A DNA stretch of 64,000 nt from Bacilli bacterium (GTDB lineage Bacteria > Bacillota_I > Bacilli_A > RF39 > UBA660). Below, piece by piece: positions 18,899 to 25,273 of this stretch. Both the position numbers and the translations under genes were made by a program. Location: positions 123 through 64,122 of the forward strand of contig JAFTRC010000058.1 of assembly GCA_017462455.1 (NCBI GenBank), written 5' to 3'. Numbering within the stretch: the first letter of the stretch is position 1; each line of letters starts with the position of its first letter. The notes under the pieces are model-generated. The model was not told the DNA's origin, made no database searches, and worked only from the letters and a program-made list of their open reading frames with translations.

Positions 18899-20878
18899 TT
18901 ATTTGTTCAAAGTATTTATATAGTTAAGTATCACTTTTACAGTTTCTTCTGTACCAATGGAAGAATCTATACATAAATCATAGTTTTCAGCTTTGCCCCA
19001 TTCTTTACCAGAAATAGCTTTATAATAACTAGATCTATTTTTATCAGATTTCTTAATATTTTTTATAGCATCAGACTTTTTATCTTTATACATATCCATT
19101 ACATTTTTAATTCTTGTTTCTTCATCAGCAGTAATAAATATTCTAATAACATTTTTTCTATCTCTTAATACATAATCAGCAGCTCTACCAACTATCACGC
19201 ATGAACCTTTATCAGCAATCATATTAATTGCTTTTTCTTGTGCTTCAATAGCATATTTAACTGGTTCTGTAGTTAAGTATAAATCTCTTAAAATGTTATT
19301 AGATGAATTTAACTTATCAATAAATTCTCTATCTAAACCTGCTTCTTGTGCAGCCAATGCAGTCATTTCTTTATAGTAATATGGAATATTTAATTGTTCA
19401 GAAATTAACTTCCCAATATATTTTCCTTGACTACCATGACTTCTTGAAATCGCAATAATAATTCCTTCTTTAGAATTAAGTAATTTTGCTTTTTCAACTT
19501 TAACTTTCTTAGTTGAACTAATTTTCTTAAAGAATACAACTACTAATATAGAAGATACTATTATACCTACAACATCTGCTACAGGGGAAGCATATAGTGC
19601 TCCTTTTACTCCAAAGAATTTAGGTAAAATAATTACCATAGGAACAAAACAAACAATATCTCTTAATAAAGATGTAATTGCAGCTTTAACCGGATCTCCA
19701 ACCGCTTGAAAGAATATTGAAGTCATTTTAATTGTGCAAGTAAATGTGATTAACATTAAGAATATTCTAAATGTTATGACTGCAAATTCCATATATAAAT
19801 CTGATTCAGTACCAAACATTTTAATAACAACTTCTGGACATAATTCAAATACTAATGTTGATAAAATACCAACTATAATAGTAGAAATTAAAACTATCTT
19901 ATAAGTTTGTTTAACTCTATCAATTTTTTTTGCACCAAAGTTATATCCTAAAATTGGTTGTGCTCCTAATATAATACCTACTACTATATTAATAACAATA
20001 GTAAATACTTTCATACAAATACCCATAGTTGCAATAGGAATATCTGCACCATATTTTGACATTGCACCATATTTAGCTAACATAATATTACATACCAATG
20101 AAATAATTACTATAGACATTTGTGTTATAAAAGTACTAACACCTAATTTAATAACATTGCTAAATATACCCATATCTACTTTAAAACTATCTTTTGAAAG
20201 TTTAAAAGTTTTTGTACATTTTACAAAATAAACTATAGAAATAATTAACGATAATACCTGCCCTATAATTGTAGCCCAAGCTGCTCCTTCAATTCCCATA
20301 TCAAATACAAAAATAAAGATTGGGTCTAATATAATATTTGTAATTGCTCCTACTAAAGTTGCAATCATTGAACCCATTGGTGAACCATCAGCTCTAATAA
20401 TTGGATTCATAACATTAGCCATCATATATACAGGAATAAATAATAATATTATTTTAAAATAATCCTTTGATAGTCCTATTGTAACATCTGATGCCCCAAA
20501 CATTCTTAATAGCGGTTCCATAAATATAAAACCTAGTATTACAAATATAATACTAATAATAAAGTTAATTAAGATACTATTTCCAATTCCTTTGTGAACA
20601 TCTTTTGTATCTTTTCTTCCTTGTGCTAATGACAGAAATGCAGCTGAACCATCACCAAAGCACCATGCAAACGCAACTGAAATAATTGTTATTGGAAATA
20701 CTACAGATGTAGCTGCATTTCCTAAATAACCTAATTCACTATGTCCAATGAATATTTGGTCCACTATGTTATATAAAGAACTAATTAATAGTGATAATAT
20801 ACATGGAATAGCAAACTTAAATAAAATTTTTGATATCTTTTCTTCTCCAAGGTATCTATTGTTTTCTTGATTTCCCAT
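18899..20878 (-). CDS. MATE-family efflux transporter fused to a C-terminal cytidylate-kinase-like (Cytidylate_kin2) domain
   Basis: The N-terminal ~450 aa form a 12-TM MATE-like region. The C-terminal ~200 aa begin IIIAISRSHGSQGKYIGKLISEQLNIPYY, typical of the cytidylate-kinase-like family. One uninterrupted ORF. Confidence 0.8.
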   Translation of the reverse strand: MGNQENNRYLGEEKISKILFKFAIPCILSLLISSLYNIVDQIFIGHSELGYLGNAATSVVFPITIISVAFAWCFGDGSAAFLSLAQGRKDTKDVHKGIGNSILINFIISIIFVILGFIFMEPLLRMFGASDVTIGLSKDYFKIILLFIPVYMMANVMNPIIRADGSPMGSMIATLVGAITNIILDPIFIFVFDMGIEGAAWATIIGQVLSLIISIVYFVKCTKTFKLSKDSFKVDMGIFSNVIKLGVSTFITQMSIVIISLVCNIMLAKYGAMSKYGADIPIATMGICMKVFTIVINIVVGIILGAQPILGYNFGAKKIDRVKQTYKIVLISTIIVGILSTLVFELCPEVVIKMFGTESDLYMEFAVITFRIFLMLITFTCTIKMTSIFFQAVGDPVKAAITSLLRDIVCFVPMVIILPKFFGVKGALYASPVADVVGIIVSSILVVVFFKKISSTKKVKVEKAKLLNSKEGIIIAISRSHGSQGKYIGKLISEQLNIPYYYKEMTALAAQEAGLDREFIDKLNSSNNILRDLYLTTEPVKYAIEAQEKAINMIADKGSCVIVGRAADYVLRDRKNVIRIFITADEETRIKNVMDMYKDKKSDAIKNIKKSDKNRSSYYKAISGKEWGKAENYDLCIDSSIGTEETVKVILNYINTLNK

Positions 20879-20924
20879 TTTCTCCTCCTTATTTTACAAT
20901 CAACCCACTAGCTTTATTTAGGGC

Positions 20925-20963
20925 AAAAAAATAATGCGAAAAAGATGTCTCTTTTTACGCATT
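20925..20963 (-). terminator. promoter-proximal intrinsic terminator in the leader of the MATE-fusion gene
   Basis: On the minus strand: aatgcg-t-aaaaaga gaca tcttttt-cgcatt (13 bp), followed by ATTTTTTT. It lies about 45 nt upstream of the start codon. Confidence 0.6.
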
Positions 20964-20985
20964 AAGCTGGGTCTGACAAGATAAA

Positions 20986-20994
20986 ATTATATCA
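20986..20994 (-). promoter_or_regulatory. extended -10 promoter element TGATATAAT (leader of MATE-fusion gene)
   Basis: The minus strand reads aaaatgTGaTATAATttt. A second TGATATAAT lies at 21087..21095. Confidence 0.45.
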
Positions 20995-21162
20995 CATTTT
21001 CTTATTTTTGTGGACACTTTTTTTATAAAATCCTATAAAAAAGATCATTTCCAATAAACATAAACTACTATTTATCTATCAGTTGTATTATATCATGGAT
21101 TTTCAGAAAATTAGAGTACTAGAATGACTAGCTTCTAGGTTTTGTAAGGATTTGCACAATAT

Positions 21163-21425
21163 TGTGTAGCCTACCTGTAGCCATATGTAACCTACGACTA
21201 CAAAATCGTGTAATTTATCTATTTTAGACAAGCTAAAAAGCCCGTAAATAGGGCTTTTGAAACATTGAAATAAGTAATTCTTAACGTTTTGTAAATTAGC
21301 ATTCCTTTATTTATGCGGATTTATGAGGACTTTGTAGCCTACTTGTACTCTACCTAAACTGACTACAACTAACTCTTAGATACCTTAATAATTTACTTAA
21401 ATTTTAGAATTTTACTTCTTACAAA
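21163..21425. repeat. composite att-like repeat unit A (iterons, terminator, pseudo rpsI 3' end, iterons)
   Basis: Aligns by eye over about 240 bp with unit B and over about 150 bp with unit C. Terminator hairpin at 21235..21258, pseudo rpsI end at 21281..21298, and iterons at 21166, 21177, 21187, 21334 and 21345. Confidence 0.8.
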
Positions 21426-21449
21426 AAAATTAATTATTTTTATTTATAA

Positions 21450-22124
21450 TTAAACTTTTTTTCTTAGTGTTAAGACGTGCCAATTTTTTTGTTCCTTACC
21501 ACCTTCATTGTGATATTCTTCTATTTCAAACAAATCTTTTCTTAAATATTCAATATCTTCCTTGCTAAAATAAGCATAGAATCTTTTTTCTTTTGTCGGT
21601 TTATCTTCTAAAACTTTATACTCACATTTCGTTCCATTTGGCAATACACTTGCATTAGGATGAACATCAGCATTCTGAAAATTAATTATTAATAATCCGT
21701 CATCTGTTAATGCGTTATAGGCAACGTCAAATAATTTTTTCATATCATCCATATCTAAATGTGGGTTCCTCCATGATACTATAAGGTCTGCTTTAAAATC
21801 AAAAACATCATTATAGTTATCTAATAAAAAATTATATTTTTTTACTTTATTAATTCCAATTCTATTTTGCTCATTTAGAAAATCATCAACAGTATCAGTT
21901 GCTATAACGTTATATCCTGCAGATTGAAGCATAAAAGCAAGTTGTCCGCATCCACTTCCAAATTCTATAATTTTTTTATTCTTATCCTTACATAAATTAT
22001 TTTCAACATAATCAAATAATTTATCCCACTTTTCTGTTTCTGGATCAATTTCATTACGTTGTATATATTCAAGCGCACCGCCAGAATTATACATATTTAT
22101 AGTTTTTATATTGTGTTCACTCAT
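21450..22124 (-). CDS. class I SAM-dependent methyltransferase
   Basis: Motif I IIEFGSGCGQLAFMLQSAG followed by VIATD. GGAGG lies upstream. Confidence 0.7.
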   Translation of the reverse strand: MSEHNIKTINMYNSGGALEYIQRNEIDPETEKWDKLFDYVENNLCKDKNKKIIEFGSGCGQLAFMLQSAGYNVIATDTVDDFLNEQNRIGINKVKKYNFLLDNYNDVFDFKADLIVSWRNPHLDMDDMKKLFDVAYNALTDDGLLIINFQNADVHPNASVLPNGTKCEYKVLEDKPTKEKRFYAYFSKEDIEYLRKDLFEIEEYHNEGGKEQKNWHVLTLRKKV

Positions 22125-22202
22125 GATTTACCTCCATTAAATATTATATCACATTTTATTGTTTTATCCTATATAAACACACTAACTATCTAAATCCGAT
22201 TT

Positions 22203-22440
22203 TTTGTAATCTACCTGTATACTTCTTGTATGATACGAGCTAAAAAATTGTTTTCTATCAAGCAAAAAAGCCCATATAATCGGGCTTTTGAAATAAACTG
22301 TAAATTAACGTTTACTAAATTAGCTTCCCTTTGTTTATGCGGGTTTACAGCGTTTTTGTATGATACTCGTATGATACCTGCAGTGTCTTCAACTGACTCT
22401 AAGATATCTTAGTAATTTTTTACTTATTTGACTTCTAACT
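22203..22440. repeat. composite att-like repeat unit B
   Basis: Iterons at 22206, 22217 and 22228, terminator hairpin at 22264..22289, pseudo rpsI end at 22305..22322, iterons at 22358 and 22369, and a palindrome at 22399..22412. Confidence 0.8.
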
Positions 22441-22454
22441 AATAAATTGTAATT

Positions 22455-23417
22455 TTATTTTATTGTTAATGTTTTATTTTCATTGTCATTATCAGTTGCT
22501 TTTGATACTGTTAGATAAAATGTTCTAGTATCTTCTTCACCAACATAGAAAACACCATTAGCGACACCTTCTTTTACAGAACTAAATATATATTCTGAAT
22601 CTAAACTTTCAACTTCTACAACATCAATGCCTGCCATTTCATATCCACTTAATTCTTTACCTTTAATTGTTATAACATCACCAACTGAAAGTTCAATGTG
22701 ATAATCTGCACTTTCAGGAGTAATGCTTTCGTCCATATTTTCTTTTGCTAATTCTAAAGAGTATCCTTTAAGCTCACTGAAATTACCTTCTTTATTTACA
22801 GTTAATTTTGATGTCATAGTGCAACTATCTTTTTCACATTCTGCTGATAAATTGTATGAAAATGTATTATTATCTTCATCTTTAAAGCTAGTATCATTTT
22901 TATAGCTACTTTCAACAAATTCTACAACTTTATCTCCAAAGTCTTTAGTTAAAATTACAGTTCCTTCTCCTTCGTAATCTTCTGCGTTATCAACTACAAT
23001 ATAAGTTTCAGCATCTTCTGATATTGAACTAAACATTCCATCTAAATATAAGTTATCAAAATACACACTTGAATCTTCAAAATCTACCCCATAGGTATTA
23101 GCAAGTGCTATATATCCTACCTTTGGTAATGTAAACCCATCTGTTTTTGAAATATATTCTTCGTAATCTATTCCTTTTTTTACTTCTACTTCATAAATGA
23201 ATGTTGGATTATCACTTAAATCATACATAATAGTATAATTTTGTTCATTATGTTTAACTGTCATTGTATTATTTTCTACTTTTACTTCATAACCATATTC
23301 ATTTACTTCTGAATTAGTATACTCATTCAATGCATTTTTAAATTCCTTATTTACTTCTCCACATCCTGTTAATACCAAACCTGATATTAAACCTAATAAT
23401 AATATTTTCTTTTTCAT
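22455..23417 (-). CDS. hypothetical lipoprotein
   Basis: Signal peptide with lipobox (LISGLVLTGC). Acidic extracytoplasmic body. No family recognised. Confidence 0.6.
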   Translation of the reverse strand: MKKKILLLGLISGLVLTGCGEVNKEFKNALNEYTNSEVNEYGYEVKVENNTMTVKHNEQNYTIMYDLSDNPTFIYEVEVKKGIDYEEYISKTDGFTLPKVGYIALANTYGVDFEDSSVYFDNLYLDGMFSSISEDAETYIVVDNAEDYEGEGTVILTKDFGDKVVEFVESSYKNDTSFKDEDNNTFSYNLSAECEKDSCTMTSKLTVNKEGNFSELKGYSLELAKENMDESITPESADYHIELSVGDVITIKGKELSGYEMAGIDVVEVESLDSEYIFSSVKEGVANGVFYVGEEDTRTFYLTVSKATDNDNENKTLTIK

Positions 23418-23438
23418 TTAATTTCCTCCTAATTTATT

Positions 23439-23942
23439 TTATGCTTTTGTACATTCGTATTTTAATTTAATTTTATCACCGTCTGTCATTGTGAAATCAT
23501 CCATAACTGTAGAACAAGTATAATTTTCTGGAATATTTTCAAATGTTATTGTATATTCTCCTGCTTTTACACCTAATTCAGTTATATTTGTTCCTGATGT
23601 TTCATCAAAATCTATTGTAAATAAGTGGTCGTTACTTTCAACTCTTAAACTTAAGCCATTTATTACTTCTCCGTTTTGATCAGATACAATAAAGGTTACT
23701 GAGTTTTTTGGTGCAAACATTATGCCTATATTTTTAAATACTGCTAAAACAACACAAATTAAAACAACAATTACAAGAATAATACCTAATACTTTTTGCC
23801 ATAAAGGTTGTTTAGGAATTCCTTTTCCATTTTCTTTCTTTTTATCATATTCTTTTTTTGATTCTTCATAACCTTTTTTCATTAATTCTTTTAAGTTTTT
23901 AAAGTCTTCAGCATTAAAATTTGATTTATTGTTTTCTGACAT
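23439..23942 (-). CDS. hypothetical type-II membrane-anchored protein with small beta-rich ectodomain
   Basis: Charged N-terminus, one TM segment (VLGIILVIVVLICVVLAVF), then about 95 aa. GGAGGG lies upstream. Confidence 0.55.
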   Translation of the reverse strand: MSENNKSNFNAEDFKNLKELMKKGYEESKKEYDKKKENGKGIPKQPLWQKVLGIILVIVVLICVVLAVFKNIGIMFAPKNSVTFIVSDQNGEVINGLSLRVESNDHLFTIDFDETSGTNITELGVKAGEYTITFENIPENYTCSTVMDDFTMTDGDKIKLKYECTKA

Positions 23943-24132
23943 TTATTTCCCTCCATCCTTAATTCAAAATAATACATTAAAAATAAATTCATCTCAGCAT
24001 ATTATTTGATATTATTAATATTATACCACAAATTCGCCAAAAATCAGAATTACAAAAACCTCCAAAATAACGGCTTTATTTTTATGTATTTTGGCGTATG
24101 AAGACACGCTAATTTTCTAAAGCGCTCCCAAC

Positions 24133-24283
24133 TTTTTGTATGATACTCGTATGATACGTGTATGATACGAGTTAAAAATTCATTTTCAAACAAGCAAAAA
24201 AGCCCGTAAATACGAGCTTTTCGAAACATTGAAATACGTAATTTTGTACCAATATTGGTAATTTTTTAACGTTTTGAGAATTG
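24133..24283. repeat. composite att-like repeat unit C (abuts and includes the live rpsI 3' end)
   Basis: Three perfect GTATGATAC iterons at 24138, 24149 and 24160, a terminator at 24196..24221, a 14-bp palindrome at 24247..24260, and the rpsI stop at 24266. Confidence 0.8.
24196..24221 (-). terminator. intrinsic terminator of rplM-rpsI
   Basis: On the minus strand: aaaagctcg tatttac gggctttttt. Homologous hairpins occur in units A and B. Confidence 0.7.
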
Positions 24284-24685
24284 AGGTGCACGACGTGCTG
24301 CTTTTAATCCTGGTTTCTTTCTTTCTTTAGCTCTTGAATCACGAGTAACGAATCCAACTTTCTTTAAGATTTTTCTATAGCTATCTTCGTTTCCTTCATT
24401 AGCTTCATCATATTGTAATAAAGCTCTTGTAATTCCTAAACGGATTGCTCCAGTTTGTCCAGAAGCTCCTCCACCAGAAACTTTAACTTCGATATCGAAA
24501 GTGTTTTCGTTATTTGTAGCTACTAAAGGTTGTTTTAAATCCATTACATAAGTTGCATATGGCATAAATTCATTAACATCTACACCATTAACAGTTATTT
24601 TTCCTTCACCAGCTTTGCACATAGTCATTTTAACTTGAGCTACTGAAGATTTTCTTCTACCTGTTCCTATAAATACTTTTGCCAT
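24266..24685 (-). CDS. rpsI: 30S ribosomal protein S9
   Basis: Contains [10 protein letters not shown] ... RAPQFSKR. Follows rplM. Confidence 0.95.
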   Translation of the reverse strand: MAKVFIGTGRRKSSVAQVKMTMCKAGEGKITVNGVDVNEFMPYATYVMDLKQPLVATNNENTFDIEVKVSGGGASGQTGAIRLGITRALLQYDEANEGNEDSYRKILKKVGFVTRDSRAKERKKPGLKAARRAPQFSKR

Positions 24686-24697
24686 TTAAAACCCTCC

Positions 24698-25132
24698 TTA
24701 TTTAACTTTCATTTCTACTGGCTTTTGTGCCATATGTGGGTGTTCTGCACCTTCATAAACGAATAATTTTTTAGCTACTTGACGTCCTAATCTAGTATGA
24801 GGAATCATACCTTTAACAGCTCTCTCAATCATCTCAACTGGATAATTTTCTCTCATTTCTTTTGCAGTTCTTTCTCTTAATCCTCCAGTATAACCTGAAT
24901 GGTTGTAATAAATTTTATCATTTAATTTATTTCCTGTTAGATTAACTTTTGAAGCATTAACAACTATTACGAAATCTCCACAATCAATATGTGGTGTATA
25001 AGTTGGTTTATGCTTACCACGTAAAACATCAGCTACTCTAGTTGCTAAACGACCTAAATTAACTCCTTCAGCATCTATAACGTACCAATTACGTTCTACT
25101 GTTTCTTTTTTTTGCATATATGTATTTTTCAT
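24698..25132 (-). CDS. rplM: 50S ribosomal protein L13
   Basis: Trimmed to the ATG at 25132 (GGAGAAAGG upstream). Contains [16 protein letters not shown]. Confidence 0.95.
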   Translation of the reverse strand: MKNTYMQKKETVERNWYVIDAEGVNLGRLATRVADVLRGKHKPTYTPHIDCGDFVIVVNASKVNLTGNKLNDKIYYNHSGYTGGLRERTAKEMRENYPVEMIERAVKGMIPHTRLGRQVAKKLFVYEGAEHPHMAQKPVEMKVK

Positions 25133-25205
25133 ATATCTTTTCCTTTCTCCTTTACAAATAGTAAGTCTTCCCAAAACTCACTAAATGTGGGATATAAAAT
25201 GTACC
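25133..25205 (-). promoter_or_regulatory. candidate L13-type ribosomal-protein leader
   Basis: About 70-nt 5' UTR containing the hairpin cccacatttagtgagttttggg just upstream of the SD. Assigned by position only. Confidence 0.3.
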
Positions 25206-25212
25206 AAATAAA

Positions 25213-25262
25213 ATAATACTAAAAAAAGTAAAAAAAGTCAATAAAAATATATTAATTTGACT
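25213..25262 (-). promoter_or_regulatory. trpS terminator overlapping the rplM promoter (TTGACT-17-TATTAT)
   Basis: Stem agtcaa/ttgact at 25236..25262 with a T-run on the minus strand. The descending arm supplies the -35 TTGACT, and the -10 TATTAT lies at 25213..25218. Confidence 0.5.
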
Positions 25263-25273
25263 CTTTTTTATTA

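Noticed and set aside
21043-21081. 12-codon minus-strand ORF (MFIGNDLFYRIL) in the leader upstream of the MATE fusion, considered as a leader peptide.
   Set aside because: It has no SD, an AT-rich chance ORF is likely, and it does not overlap the terminator in a way that would give attenuation logic.
22230-22412. 60-aa plus-strand ORF spanning repeat unit B.
   Set aside because: The homologous stretches of units A and C are interrupted by stops (for example atg taa in A). There is no SD, and the sequence is better explained as a terminator, pseudo-rpsI end and iterons.
24138-24168. Short tandem repeats checked as a possible CRISPR array.
   Set aside because: The repeat period is 11 bp with no spacers, and no cas genes are present. 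This is not CRISPR architecture.
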